Positions 28,667-39,053 of a stretch of 64,000 bases of DNA are shown here, one piece after another. The first letter of the stretch is position 1, and each line of letters starts with the position of its first letter. The notes under the pieces were generated by a model. The model did no database searches and was not told where the DNA came from. It saw only the letters and a list, made by a program, of their open reading frames with translations. Source of the DNA: an uncultured Nitrososphaerota archaeon (GTDB lineage: Archaea; Thermoproteota; Nitrososphaeria; Nitrososphaerales; Gagatemarchaeaceae); assembly GCA_963838925.1 (NCBI GenBank), contig CAWISW010000002.1, positions 512,001 to 576,000 on the forward strand, given 5' to 3'. The translations under genes and the position numbers were made by a program.

Positions 28667-29856
28667 CCGACGACGTCCGCTTCGACGTCGGCGCCCGAGC
28701 CATCGGCCTCGTATTCCGGAGTGCTCCGCTCCTTCGCCAGCTGGTCGGGCCCCTCGCCACCCTCAGCGACCGGGACCGCTTTCTTGAACCATGCCATGGG
28801 ACGTCCCTGGTCGATCGTGACCGCCGTCAGCCTATATCCCGCGCCCTCGACCCGCGTAATCAGCGCCCTGCTTATCTGGTTCTTGCTGGGTTCGATGCTG
28901 AGGATGTCGTCGAGGATCACCCCGATGGTGTACAACGGCTCCACCTTCCACCTGAACGCCTTGAGCACCTTCGATATTCGCGCCGCCTCCTTCTTGTTGC
29001 CCTCTCCTCCCTGGATGTACCACGACTTGGAGACGAGGAGATGGGCGTCCTCGTCGTCGGGGCTCGCCAATGGGCTCGACTGCGCCTCCGCATGCGCGGG
29101 AGCAGGTTGCACCGCCGCCGGCGCGTCCCTCCGCTCGAGGTCGAGCTGCTGCTCCTGAGCGCTCTCCTGGGGCGAGCATCCGAGCTGGACCTCGGCGAGC
29201 TTGTCCGCGACCGTGGCTTGCGCTGAGGGAGTGGTAGAGGGCTCGACGGACGTCTCTGCAGACTCGGCCCTGCTGGGGAGGGAGGACGAAGCTCCGCTCG
29301 CGCCGGCCATCGCGGAATCTTCCAGGCGCTCAAGCCCCTGATCGCTCTCGGGTTCTGGCGCGGCGGCCCCCGCGGAGAAGCCCAGAAAGTCTCTGGCGTC
29401 CTCGTCGTACTCGATTGCGGCGGGCTCCCAGAAGTACCGCGCGCCGTCGAGGTCGTCGTCCGCATACTCGCAGCTGGCGAGCAGCTGCCTGACCCTCGTG
29501 CGGTTGTCGAAGCGCAGCGTGGTGACGAAGGCCTCTTCCATGTCGTCCTTGAGCCCGCGGACCCGGAACACGGGGTCACGCAGGGCGGGAAAGTTCGCCA
29601 TGTCGACCATCACCTTGGAGAGCTTCGTGCCCGTCTGTCCGTCCGGGGGCGTCTCCTGCCTTAGGGCGGCTTTGACCTCTTGGGGCCCCGAGGTCGTCCC
29701 CCCTTCGCCGCCTACTAGGACGTCGTGTCCACGGTGGCTTGCCCTGAAATGCTCCACGCTGAGATTCGAGTAAAACGACTCCGACACGCCACAGGAGTTG
29801 CACTTCACGGGGATCTTCTGCAGCGCGCTGTACTCGCCGCGGTCAGGCTGCATCAA
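28663..29856 (-). CDS. Hypothetical protein with N-terminal CxxC..HxxxH zinc finger and acidic linker
   Basis: CNSCG..EHFRASHRGH; Ala/Ser/Glu-rich linker; folded C-terminal domain. Confidence 0.65.
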   Translation of the reverse strand: MMQPDRGEYSALQKIPVKCNSCGVSESFYSNLSVEHFRASHRGHDVLVGGEGGTTSGPQEVKAALRQETPPDGQTGTKLSKVMVDMANFPALRDPVFRVRGLKDDMEEAFVTTLRFDNRTRVRQLLASCEYADDDLDGARYFWEPAAIEYDEDARDFLGFSAGAAAPEPESDQGLERLEDSAMAGASGASSSLPSRAESAETSVEPSTTPSAQATVADKLAEVQLGCSPQESAQEQQLDLERRDAPAAVQPAPAHAEAQSSPLASPDDEDAHLLVSKSWYIQGGEGNKKEAARISKVLKAFRWKVEPLYTIGVILDDILSIEPSKNQISRALITRVEGAGYRLTAVTIDQGRPMAWFKKAVPVAEGGEGPDQLAKERSTPEYEADGSGADVEADVVG

Positions 29857-30026
29857 CGGGCGGCGACCTCCTCTTCGGGCGGCGCGAGCGGAAGCCCTCC
29901 CGCGATCAGCTCGCTCGCCGAGTCGCTGACGCTAAGCCGGCTCCTTGTCCTCTTGCTCTTGGCGGCGACGTAGTCTATCAGCCGGTTGTACACAGAGTCC
30001 TCCAATGACACGGTGATCTTCCTCAT
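29853..30026 (-). CDS. Ribbon-helix-helix-like DNA-binding protein (57 aa)
   Basis: MRKITVSLEDSVYNRLIDY..RLSVSDSASELI; stop overlaps the next start; not in the ORF track. Confidence 0.65.
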   Translation of the reverse strand: MRKITVSLEDSVYNRLIDYVAAKSKRTRSRLSVSDSASELIAGGLPLAPPEEEVAAR

Positions 30027-30224
30027 AGCCGCCAGTGCGATAGTAGGACGAGCATATCAACGGATTTGGCGCTCTCCAGATTTCAAAGGGAGTCCCGTTG
30101 ATTCTTCAAACAATCTGCGCGACTCGGCGCCGAGCACACGGTCGGACGTCCCGGCAATGGGACCCGCGGGCGCGCGAGTCAAACTTTAAGGACTGCATCT
30201 TGAGGAGCCGAAATAATCGCTCAA

Positions 30225-30980
30225 ATGTCGTCCCCACCGCCCCCGCCTTACTCCTCTATCCGGATACTGCCTGAGGTCATCGGGCGCGGAAAGATCGAGG
30301 CCCGCGCGCTCATCGCGGGCTTCCACGGCATAGGCGCCACCGGCTACTGGACGGTGAAGTTCCTCATCCAGGAGCTGAAGGCGAGGCGCGTCTGCTACAT
30401 CGACTCCGAGTTCGCTCCCGCGGTCTCGTCGACCGTCAAGAACGAGATATCGACGCCCTACGAGCTCTACGGCGTGGGCGACTTGCTCTTCCTCAAGGCC
30501 GAGGTTCCCCCGTTGAGGGAGAACGAGACGAGGTTCTTCAGGGAGCTCAGCCAGTGGATAATGAGCTCCGGGATACAGGAGGTCACGCTGATCGGGGGCC
30601 TCGACGAGTCGCTCCGCTCCGACGACACAAAGTACAGGCTCGTGCTCACGGACGCGATGAAGGCCGGTGAGCACGGGCGGGGGCTCGAGGCGGAGCCGAT
30701 CCTCGAGGAGGGGAGGATGATCGTGGGCCCGGTCGCCGTCATGCTGAACGCGTTCCAGATGCGGGGATACCCGGCCGCCGCGATCCTCTCCTACTCGAAC
30801 ACGGAGCGCATAGACCCGAGGGCGGCAGCAGCGGCAGTCGACTTCGTCGCCAGGAGGTACGCGCTCCAGGTGAACACGGAGCCGCTCATCAAGGGCGCCG
30901 AGGAGCTCGAGAAGGAGCTGGTGGGGCTGGCGCAGAAGGACAAGGACAAGGGCGGGCCTTCCGGCGCGATATACTCCTAG
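30225..30980 (+). CDS. Proteasome assembly chaperone (PAC2 family)
   Basis: LIAGFHGIGATG, LIGGL, DPRAAA. Confidence 0.85.
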   Translation: MSSPPPPPYSSIRILPEVIGRGKIEARALIAGFHGIGATGYWTVKFLIQELKARRVCYIDSEFAPAVSSTVKNEISTPYELYGVGDLLFLKAEVPPLRENETRFFRELSQWIMSSGIQEVTLIGGLDESLRSDDTKYRLVLTDAMKAGEHGRGLEAEPILEEGRMIVGPVAVMLNAFQMRGYPAAAILSYSNTERIDPRAAAAAVDFVARRYALQVNTEPLIKGAEELEKELVGLAQKDKDKGGPSGAIYS

Positions 30981-31004
30981 GAAGAAGATACCTTCGCACA
31001 GGAG

Positions 31005-32496
31005 CTAGGCGCCGCGAGAGCGGAAGGCCTTGTCCTTCTCAGCCCCGCCGACCAAGACCTTCGCGTATCCCATCGCCTTGAGCTTCTTGACGCCCGCCTT
31101 GACCGAGGCCTCCGGGGCCGCCCTGTCGGAGATGGTCTGGGCGAACGGGAAGACGAACTCGAGCTCCGCGGGGTAGGGCCCGAGCAAGGGGTTGATCCTG
31201 AAGATGTCTGCCTCCTCGAGATGGGGGATCCTCCTCAGCTTGCCCGAGGTCTTCGTCAAGGGAGGCGCCGCCGAGCTGGGAGCCAGGACCGCCGTCCTCC
31301 GGGCCCTCCGTCCCGTCCCCCTTACCATCAGCTTGTCGAGATGTCTTCTTGCGAGCGCGAGCTCCGGCCGGAGCGTGTCCTCCTCGCTCCTCACCATCAG
31401 CCCCCTGAGCTTGAGAAGGCGCGTAGGCTTGACCAGCCAGTCGGCGTGGTCCCGGATGAGCGCCCTGAAGGCGGCGGCGGAGTTGGTGTGCGCCATCGCG
31501 CGCTCCTCCACGAGGTCCCAGAGCCTGCCCTCGTAGATGGCCTCCTTGCACCTCAGGACGTCCGCGCGGAGCACGTGGAGGTTGTGGAGGGCGACCTTCC
31601 GCACCCGGTCCTCCCTCGGCGTCGCGCGGAGGCCGTTCAGGCTGGTCCCGTTGCAGACCGGGCAGCTGCAAGGGAGGTAGGTCATGCGGTCGAGCTGCAG
31701 CGTCCCCCTCTCCGTCATGTACCGCTCCTTCTTCGCGTAGAGCATGTAGCTCGCGGAGTCGAACGTGTCGCACCCCAGCGCGATCGACATGGGGAGTGTG
31801 AGCGGGTGCCCGGCCCCGAAGAGGTGGAGCGGCATCGAGTAGGGCATGCTCTGCCTAGCGTTGACTATCATCTCGACGAGCGGCGTGAACAGGTAGCCCT
31901 CCATGAGCTCCACGGGGCTGCCCAAGGCGAGGACCTGGAACCCGGCCCTGACCAGGCCTTTGGCGGACGTCCTCACGAGGTCGCCGAAGGTGCCGCCCTG
32001 GGCCGGACCGACCCACACGGTGTCGGACTCCCCGAACTGGCGAATCGTCGCCTTCGCCGCGTCCAGGCTCTCCACCATGGTCCTGCGGGCGTAGGCCCTC
32101 GAGTTTGTGTAGCCGGTGGGCTTGTCGAGGGTCACGGCGAGGTCCGAGCCTATCCTGGACTGGAAGTCGGCGATCTCCTCGGGCGTGAACTCGGTGTCGC
32201 CGTACTCGAGCACCTGGTAGCCGCCCGAGTCCGTCATCATCACCCCGTCGTAGCCGATCAGCTCGTGGAGCCCCTTCTCGATGGCCTCGGCGCGGTTGCG
32301 CTTGTAGAGTATGTAGGAGTTGGTCATGATCATGTCGAAGCCCATCGACTTGAACTGGGAGAGCGGGATGTCGCGCCAGATGGGGTGGATGACCGGCGTG
32401 AGGCAGGGGGTCTCGACCCTCTTCCCCCCTACCGTCATCGTCCCGATCCTGCCCATCAGGTCGGACTCCTTGACCTCGAAGGAGAAGGGCTTGGTC
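31005..32496 (-). CDS. tgtA: Archaeosine tRNA-guanine(15) transglycosylase
   Basis: GRIG..ETP, MTDSGGYQ, HLFGAGHP, CDTFDSASY, CSCPVC, ALHNL. Confidence 0.95.
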
Positions 32497-32617
32497 ATCG
32501 CTGTCGCCGCGGCGAGCCAGCGCTCCACATATGAGGGTTCCTAGAGCCTGCCGGGGTTTCGGGCTTGTTCTCTGGCGTCCGGGACACGGTTAAAGCCGCG
32601 GAAGGAGGGTCCTCGAC

Positions 32618-32905
32618 ATGAAGGTGGAAGGTGGTGCCTTGGCGTCCAGGCTTCGCGGGCTAGATTTCAAGTACCAGTTCCTGGTGGCCCTCTCCATCTT
32701 CGTAGGCCTGTTCTTTGTCGAGTATCCTCCCATCTTCCTCCTGGGGTACTGGTCGTGGGGGGCGCTCGTCCACAAGACGCTCACGGGGATACTCCTCATC
32801 CTGAACCTCGTCCTGGCGCAGTATTCCGCGAAGCGGCTTGGCCTGTTTCAGAGCAAGGCGACGATAGGGCCGCAGGAAGTGGAGCAGAACCCGGCCAGGC
32901 TCTAG
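32618..32905 (+). CDS. Small two-TM membrane protein
   Basis: Two hydrophobic segments. Confidence 0.5.
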   Translation: MKVEGGALASRLRGLDFKYQFLVALSIFVGLFFVEYPPIFLLGYWSWGALVHKTLTGILLILNLVLAQYSAKRLGLFQSKATIGPQEVEQNPARL

Positions 32906-33537
32906 GCCGTGCCGAAGGCCCTGCGGGCGAAGTGCTTCCCTCCCTGCCCCTGGGCCCCCTTGAACCGCTCCTCCTCGTTGACATCGCCGCGCTCGTGGTA
33001 ACCGAAGGCCTCCCAGTAGCCGTCGGCGTAGTCGGGGATGAACTCGATCTTGCCCAGCCACTTCGCGCTCTTCCAGAAGTAGAGGTGGGGCATGAACGGC
33101 CTCGCTGGGAACCCCTGCTCGGCGGAGAGCGGCCTGCCGTTCATCTTGAGGGCGACTATCGAGTCCTCCATCAGGGCGTCCTCGACGGGGATCGGGGCGG
33201 TGTAGCCGTCGTAGCAGTGGAACATGACCCACTTCGCCTCGGGTTTGACCTGGGCGGCGTCTGCTAGTGCCTTTATCGGGACCCCCTCCCAAAGGGGCTT
33301 CTCAATCGACCATGAAGTCACGCAGTGGGCTGTCTTCGAGTAGCTCTTCATCGGGAGGCTCAGGAACTCGTCGTAGCCGAAGATGAGCGGCGTCTTGACC
33401 AGCCCGGTGACCTCCAGCCTCCACTTTGCCGGGTCGACGTGCTGCACGCCCAAAGCCGCGTAGACGACGAACTTCTTGCCCCAAACCTGGCCGGGAGGCA
33501 AGGGCTCCCTGGCGGCGGGAGGGCTGGGCTGGGACAA
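32902..33537 (-). CDS. Sulfite oxidase-like molybdopterin oxidoreductase
   Basis: WRLEVTGLV, HCVTSWS, GFPAR..YFWKSAKW, GYWEAFGY. Confidence 0.9.
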   Translation of the reverse strand: MSQPSPPAAREPLPPGQVWGKKFVVYAALGVQHVDPAKWRLEVTGLVKTPLIFGYDEFLSLPMKSYSKTAHCVTSWSIEKPLWEGVPIKALADAAQVKPEAKWVMFHCYDGYTAPIPVEDALMEDSIVALKMNGRPLSAEQGFPARPFMPHLYFWKSAKWLGKIEFIPDYADGYWEAFGYHERGDVNEEERFKGAQGQGGKHFARRAFGTA

Positions 33538-33579
33538 CTGGGATTCACAGCCCGTCCGCGAATAAAATACTTTTTCCAG

Positions 33580-34838
33580 GTCAGGCTATGGCTCCATCCG
33601 ATTTCCGGAGGCCATCGCTTGAGGGTGATTAAATACTAAATCCCTCTTTCCGAGTGTGAAGGCTGTCGAAGGAGTCAAGTTCGCATATGACCCCACTCCT
33701 AAAACTCGAGAACTCCTCTCCACTTTCAGGGAAATGGTCAACGACGCCATCCGAATCTGCCTTGCAGAGAACATCAGGGGACGATTGAGGCTCAGGGACA
33801 GGATCTACAAAGAATTCCGAGCTAGAAACAGACTCGCTTCGTGTTTTCCCTATTCGGTGGCCGAAGTCGCGTGGTCCATCGTCAAGAAGCACAAGCGCTG
33901 GCAGAGGAAGCCATACGCGAAGAGGCTGATGTTCAAGATGGATTCAGCGAACTTCTCGCTCAATTACTCCATCCTCTCTCTCCCACTCAGGAAGGGAGAG
34001 CGGGTCCACGTCCCGTTGAAGTACGGCGAATACCAAGGGTCGTTCCTGATGGACAAGACGCTCAAGCGCGGCTCGGTCATTATGACAGAGTCGTCGATCA
34101 TCATCGCCTTTTCGAAGGATGCTCCAGTGAAAGAACCGTCGAGGAAGGTCGGCTACGACCTCAACGAGAAGTCTATTGTCGGAAGCGACGAGAGTAGGCA
34201 TGACCTCTCGGAGACGGCGAGGCTACACACCCTCTATGGAATTAGGCGCTCTAGGTTCTACGAAAGACATCCGTATGACAGGCGTCTAAGGAAAAAGTTC
34301 GCAGCCTCGAGAAGGGAGAAGGAACGTGTGAATCAGGTTCTCCACAGGGTCTCAGCTCTCATTGTGGAGAGGGCGAGGGCGAACAACGAGGCGATCGTGC
34401 TGGAGAGGCTGAAGGGGATCCGCTATGCCCATAAGCGGGGTAACGGAGAAGGAAAGGGAAAGCGGCGAAGGATTGCCCTCTGGCCCTTCCGCCGGCTGCA
34501 AGCCTACATCGACTACAAGGCCAGGTGGGCGGGAGTACCGATAGAATACGTCTCTCCGTCATTCACGTCGAAGAAGTGCAACTTGTGCGGGTTCATCAAC
34601 CACAAGCTGAAGCTGAACGAAAGGAGTTGGCTATGCCCTCAGTGCGGTGCCAAGCTCGACCGCGACCTCAACGCTGCGATAAACATAGAGCGTCGCGGGA
34701 AGATAAGATGTCTGGGTGAGGCTCACCCAGGAGCGCGGGGCAGAGATGAAGCCATGAAGGGGAACGAGACGACGACTCCAATCCTCCGAGCAGAAGCCTC
34801 GAAGTCGAGTCAGGGGTAACCCCTTTAATTTGACAGAG
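33580..34838 (+). mobile_element. Solo-tnpB (IS1341-like) insertion element; ends approximate
   Basis: No tnpA; imperfect hairpin ATGGCTCC..GGAGGCCAT near the left end; hairpins CTGGGTGAG-G-CTCACCCAG (34712-34730) and GGGGTAACCCC near the right end. Confidence 0.7.
33656..34819 (+). CDS. tnpB: TnpB RNA-guided endonuclease (IS200/IS605 family)
   Basis: RuvC GYDLN, IVLERL, DRDLNAAINI; zinc finger CNLCG..CPQCG; YKARWAG. Confidence 0.93.
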   Translation: MKAVEGVKFAYDPTPKTRELLSTFREMVNDAIRICLAENIRGRLRLRDRIYKEFRARNRLASCFPYSVAEVAWSIVKKHKRWQRKPYAKRLMFKMDSANFSLNYSILSLPLRKGERVHVPLKYGEYQGSFLMDKTLKRGSVIMTESSIIIAFSKDAPVKEPSRKVGYDLNEKSIVGSDESRHDLSETARLHTLYGIRRSRFYERHPYDRRLRKKFAASRREKERVNQVLHRVSALIVERARANNEAIVLERLKGIRYAHKRGNGEGKGKRRRIALWPFRRLQAYIDYKARWAGVPIEYVSPSFTSKKCNLCGFINHKLKLNERSWLCPQCGAKLDRDLNAAINIERRGKIRCLGEAHPGARGRDEAMKGNETTTPILRAEASKSSQG

Positions 34839-34855
34839 CCTTTTATACGCCTCAG
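34700..34855 (+). ncRNA. Putative TnpB omega/reRNA overlapping the tnpB 3' end
   Basis: Hairpins at the position expected for IS605-family reRNA; boundaries inferred. Confidence 0.5.
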
Positions 34856-34863
34856 CGGGAGCC

Positions 34864-35355
34864 ATGCGGAAGGAAAGGCGCTTTGGTATGATTCGCAGTG
34901 AAACGTCGACAGCTTCACCGCCACCGCCGGCCGCGCGGAAGATGCCGGCCATTCTCCCGATCGTGGTCATCATCCTGATCGCGATCACGGTGGTAGCCAC
35001 GGGCGTCGGCTTTCTTGCCACTTCCGGCGGGCCGACGAACTACGCCTGCATGAGCGTGGCTCACCAAGGAAGCAACCTTCAGGTCACGACCACCGGGCTC
35101 TTGCACTACCTAAAGGCCCAGTACTATGTCACCTGCAACGAGGGGTCGAGCCTCCCCACGAGCGCCCTGACGACCTCGTGCCTGACGGTCACACCACAGG
35201 TAGTCCCCGCACCGATTGGCGTCGGCGCGTCGACGTACTACTACTACCTGTCAACGTCGGCCGGGCACACCATCACCTTGGTGGGCGCCCCGGCACCGAG
35301 CAACGGCACCGAGATCATCACGCCCACTACGATCTCCCTGACAGTGAGCTGCTGA
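34864..35355 (+). CDS. Membrane-anchored extracellular protein
   Basis: N-terminal TM followed by a Thr/Cys-containing beta-rich domain. Confidence 0.6.
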   Translation: MRKERRFGMIRSETSTASPPPPAARKMPAILPIVVIILIAITVVATGVGFLATSGGPTNYACMSVAHQGSNLQVTTTGLLHYLKAQYYVTCNEGSSLPTSALTTSCLTVTPQVVPAPIGVGASTYYYYLSTSAGHTITLVGAPAPSNGTEIITPTTISLTVSC

Positions 35356-35478
35356 GCATCCGTTTCCACGGGCCGCCACTCGATAGTTTGCGCCTCAGGT
35401 CGTCGGATTGCTGGATTGATTAAATACGCCATGCAAATGAGGCGTGAGCGCAAACCTGAAGCAAACTAGAGAGAAAAA

Positions 35479-36702
35479 ATGTCATCAACGTCATCATACC
35501 AATACCTGAGCAGACTGGAGAACGCGGTCAAGCAGCACGAGAGCTGGAGGAACGGCGAGTGCCTCAACATGATCGCATCGGAGAACTTCAGCAGCCCGCA
35601 GACCCGCGGGATGCTCGTCACGGACTTCGCCAACCGGTATACAGCTCCGGACAAGTTCTACAGAGGGGCGCGGTTCATGGACGAGGTCCAGGCGCTCGCG
35701 GAGGAGGTCGCAAGGAAGGTCTACAACGCCAAGTTCGCGGACGTCAGACCCACGTCAGGCCACGCCGCGGACATCGCGGTTCTGCTCACCCTCGTCAGCC
35801 GCGGGGACAAGATAGTCACGGTCGGCACCGAGAGCGGTGGCTACCCTGGGATCTCCCACCTGGGGCTGGGGAAGATCCTGGGGCTCAAGAACCTCTACTT
35901 CGCTTACGACGAGCAGAACGTGAACATCGACGCCAAGGCGACCAAGCACCTCCTCGAGCAGGAGAAGCCCAAGCTCCTGATCTTCGGCTCGAGCTTCATA
36001 CCCTTCCCGCACCCCGTGCGGGAGGTCTCGAGCATGGTCGACCGCGACACGGTCTGCGTCTACGACGGCTCGCACGTCATGGGGCTCCTAGCGGGTGGCG
36101 AGTTCCAGGACCCGCTGCGCGAGGGATGCTCGATGCTCTTCGGCTCCACGCACAAGAGCCTCCCCGGCCCCCAAGGAGGGCTGATACTGGGCAACAACGA
36201 GGAGGTCTTCGAGCGCGTGAGCTCGCAGATACACCCGGGGATAATCGACAACGTCCACTGGAACAGGGTCGCTGCGCTCGCGGTCAGCCTGATGGAGATG
36301 ATGCAGTTCGGCAAGGCCTACGCCCAGGCGGTGGTGAAGAACTCTCAGGCCCTGGGCAAGGGGCTCGCAGACCGCGGCATCCTGGTCAGGGGAGCCGCAC
36401 GGGGATACTCAAAGTCGCACCAGGTCCTGCTGGAGGTCGACAAGGCGAAGGGGGAGCTTTACGGGAAGAGGCTCGAGGAGGCCAACATAATCATCGACAA
36501 CGGGGGCAGGGTCGGCACCTCGGAGGCGACGCGCATGGGCATGGGCCCTGCGGAGATGGACCAGATAGCCGAGCTGATGGCGATTGTCATCCAAGGCCGC
36601 AAGCCCAGCGACTTTACCCAGAAGAAGGTCCGTTCGCTCATCAGGGACTTCAAGACACCTCGGTACGTGCTCAGAAGCGTCGTCGAGACCGAGAAGGAGT
36701 AG
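35479..36702 (+). CDS. glyA: Serine hydroxymethyltransferase
   Basis: NMIASEN, YDGSHVMGL, STHKSLPGPQGG, RVGTSEATR. Confidence 0.96.
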   Translation: MSSTSSYQYLSRLENAVKQHESWRNGECLNMIASENFSSPQTRGMLVTDFANRYTAPDKFYRGARFMDEVQALAEEVARKVYNAKFADVRPTSGHAADIAVLLTLVSRGDKIVTVGTESGGYPGISHLGLGKILGLKNLYFAYDEQNVNIDAKATKHLLEQEKPKLLIFGSSFIPFPHPVREVSSMVDRDTVCVYDGSHVMGLLAGGEFQDPLREGCSMLFGSTHKSLPGPQGGLILGNNEEVFERVSSQIHPGIIDNVHWNRVAALAVSLMEMMQFGKAYAQAVVKNSQALGKGLADRGILVRGAARGYSKSHQVLLEVDKAKGELYGKRLEEANIIIDNGGRVGTSEATRMGMGPAEMDQIAELMAIVIQGRKPSDFTQKKVRSLIRDFKTPRYVLRSVVETEKE

Positions 36703-36734
36703 GCCGCCAGCCGGAAGGCCGGCTGACTCCCCGA

Positions 36735-37760
36735 CTAGCGCATCGGCTCTGCGATTCCGAGGGTGCTGTTGGTCTGCCTTACAGAGTCGGCCTGGCTAGA
36801 CGTGCCCATCATCGCTCTGATCGCGTCGACGTTCTCGGGCGTGACGATCGACTCCTGCTGGACGCCTAGGAAGAGGTAGAGCTCGTTGTCGTCCACTACG
36901 GTCACGGACTCCTTCCAGATGCACGCCTCGTAGACGTCGTTCCTGGGCCTTCCCTTCCACCTCGCCCAGTCGATGACGTGCGAGGTCGACTTGAACCCCA
37001 TCTTCCCCTCGATCACCATTATCCTCTGCTCCCTCTGGAAAGCGGCGACGACCTCTTCTGCGCTCGCCTTCTTGCCTAGGGTGACGATCAGGGAGTGGAG
37101 GTGCATGTGGGTCGTGGGTATCTTGATCGCCATGGTCGTTATGTTGAGGTCTGGAATGACCGTCATGACGTCAGGGCCGTGGTGCGACGGGAGGGTGACT
37201 GGGTCAGGTACCACCGCGTCGATGGGACCCTTGCCCACCTCTTGCGGGTCGGCCGCTCTCCTCGCGAGGACCGCCCTTGCCTTCTTCACGCCGAAGTTGG
37301 TCTTGAGCGCGTGCAAGGTCCTGCAGAGGGCGGTTGTGTTGCAGCTCACCACCCGCACGTATTTCCTCCCCTTAGCTGCGTCGTAATTGCAATTGGAGTT
37401 GAACGAAAAGCCGGTCAGCTCGTGCTCCTCGCCTCCCTCGAATATGGCCCTGACGCCGGCCTTCTCGTAGATCTCCTTGTTGCCGGTCGCCAGCTCGGCG
37501 TCGGTGGCCTCGACCATGACGTCGACCTTCTTGATCAGGTCCTGGAGCGTCCCTTGGGTCGGGATCTTCGCCTTTGCGAACTTCGCCGCGACGTCGGCAT
37601 CGGGGACGTACACTTGGATGCCCCTGTCTATCGCGAGCTTCGCCCGGTAGTCTGGAGTGAACTTGGTGACTCCGACGAGCTCCATGTCCTTCTGCTTGCT
37701 CACTGCATCGGCGACCCTGCCGCCGATGGTCCCGTAGCCGTTTACTCCTACCTTAATCAT
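36735..37760 (-). CDS. gap: Glyceraldehyde-3-phosphate dehydrogenase, archaeal type II
   Basis: MIKVGVNGYGTIG, RVVSCNTT, PSHHGPDV, QESIVTPENVDAIRA. Confidence 0.96.
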   Translation of the reverse strand: MIKVGVNGYGTIGGRVADAVSKQKDMELVGVTKFTPDYRAKLAIDRGIQVYVPDADVAAKFAKAKIPTQGTLQDLIKKVDVMVEATDAELATGNKEIYEKAGVRAIFEGGEEHELTGFSFNSNCNYDAAKGRKYVRVVSCNTTALCRTLHALKTNFGVKKARAVLARRAADPQEVGKGPIDAVVPDPVTLPSHHGPDVMTVIPDLNITTMAIKIPTTHMHLHSLIVTLGKKASAEEVVAAFQREQRIMVIEGKMGFKSTSHVIDWARWKGRPRNDVYEACIWKESVTVVDDNELYLFLGVQQESIVTPENVDAIRAMMGTSSQADSVRQTNSTLGIAEPMR

Positions 37761-38134
37761 CGCAGACCCCTGTGGATTTGGGGGATTTAAAGAACCTTGA
37801 GGCCGCATGATTGACATTTGCATTCCGCAGGCATTGAACTCCCGCAGCAATCTCACTAGCCTTTCCCGAATGCTGGCAGCACTTGGCGGAACTCGTGCGT
37901 GGGAAAGATGCGACTCGAGTAGCACCACGTGCTCGGTGCTGGTGGTCTTTGTCTCTCCGCGAAGGGTTGGACTACAGGCGACAATCGCCGCCAGGAGCGC
38001 CACTCGGCGTAGGGGATAATTTGAATAAACGGCTGTAGAACATACAAATATTGTTGTCTCTACTGAATCTTACAAGTAAGATGTATGCCCTCTCGTGTGC
38101 CTTGGAATAGTTTCCCCGCAAGCGCGGACGAGGA

Positions 38135-38944
38135 CTACGCTGATCCGAGGGCCGCCACGACTCCGATTGCAAGTGCTAGAGCTCCTAGGAAGAGAGTCAC
38201 CTTGTAGACATCATTTCTCTTGGCGAACCTCAACAGGGCCGAGATTGCAACGATTCCGACAAGGGCGGCTGTGACGATGGCGACCGTGAGTCCGGCGGCG
38301 TCGAAATTAGAGAGAGCGACAGATAGCTCAGACCTCGAGAAGACTATCGTCGTCAGGAAGCCGCCAAGCGACGCAGGGATGTACGCCAAGTAAGAGAGCC
38401 TGAAGGCGTCCTTGGGGTTTACGCCCATGAAGAGCATTGTAGACACCGTCATCCCAGACCTGCTCACTCCGGGAAGAGCTGCGAAGCCTTGCGCCGCCCC
38501 TATGATGATGTAGTGCTTCATCCCCAGTTCGTTGAGCGTGCCTGTGCGTGGGGTCTTCCTCGAATATCTGATGTATATGCTGTCCCCGATCAAGAAGCAG
38601 CCCAGGAGCATCATCGGGATTCCCAGGTTGTACGCTCCGGTCAGCAGCTTCTCGGCGAGGAGGTAGAGCGGGACGCCCTCCGCCCCAGTGACTATCGTCA
38701 CGACGAGGAGGTACACGAGCAGCTTCCTGTCGTGCAGCAAAGAGAAGATCTCCCTCCTGAAGTAGAACGTCGCCGAGAAGAGGGAGCCTATCTCCATGAA
38801 GAGGCCGAACGCCAAGGCTACGTCGAGCGGAAGTCCGAACAGTATCGTCGACACGAAAAGGACCTGGGTCTTGCTGCTGATGGGGAGCCACTCGGATACG
38901 CCCTGCACGAGGCCGACGATTATGGAGTAGAGGAGGTTCGACAA
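38135..38944 (-). CDS. uppP: Undecaprenyl-diphosphate phosphatase (BacA/UppP)
   Basis: QGVSEWLPISS, PGVSRSGMT. Confidence 0.9.
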   Translation of the reverse strand: MSNLLYSIIVGLVQGVSEWLPISSKTQVLFVSTILFGLPLDVALAFGLFMEIGSLFSATFYFRREIFSLLHDRKLLVYLLVVTIVTGAEGVPLYLLAEKLLTGAYNLGIPMMLLGCFLIGDSIYIRYSRKTPRTGTLNELGMKHYIIIGAAQGFAALPGVSRSGMTVSTMLFMGVNPKDAFRLSYLAYIPASLGGFLTTIVFSRSELSVALSNFDAAGLTVAIVTAALVGIVAISALLRFAKRNDVYKVTLFLGALALAIGVVAALGSA

Positions 38945-39053
38945 CCTGCGCTGATGGACGCCGTTTGCGCCTGTCTACTTAACCTCTCCAACGGAAGGCC
39001 CACCTGCTCCCCGAACGAGTGAGGCGAGAGACTTATCTGAGACGACGGAATTC

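Noticed and set aside
33656-34819. TnpB as a nuclease-dead TldR-type regulator or Cas12
   Set aside because: All RuvC catalytic residues are present and there is no adjacent CRISPR array
38060-38088. Similarity to 47811-47836 (TACAAGTAAGA core)
   Set aside because: Short AT-rich match with one copy inside a coding region; probably chance
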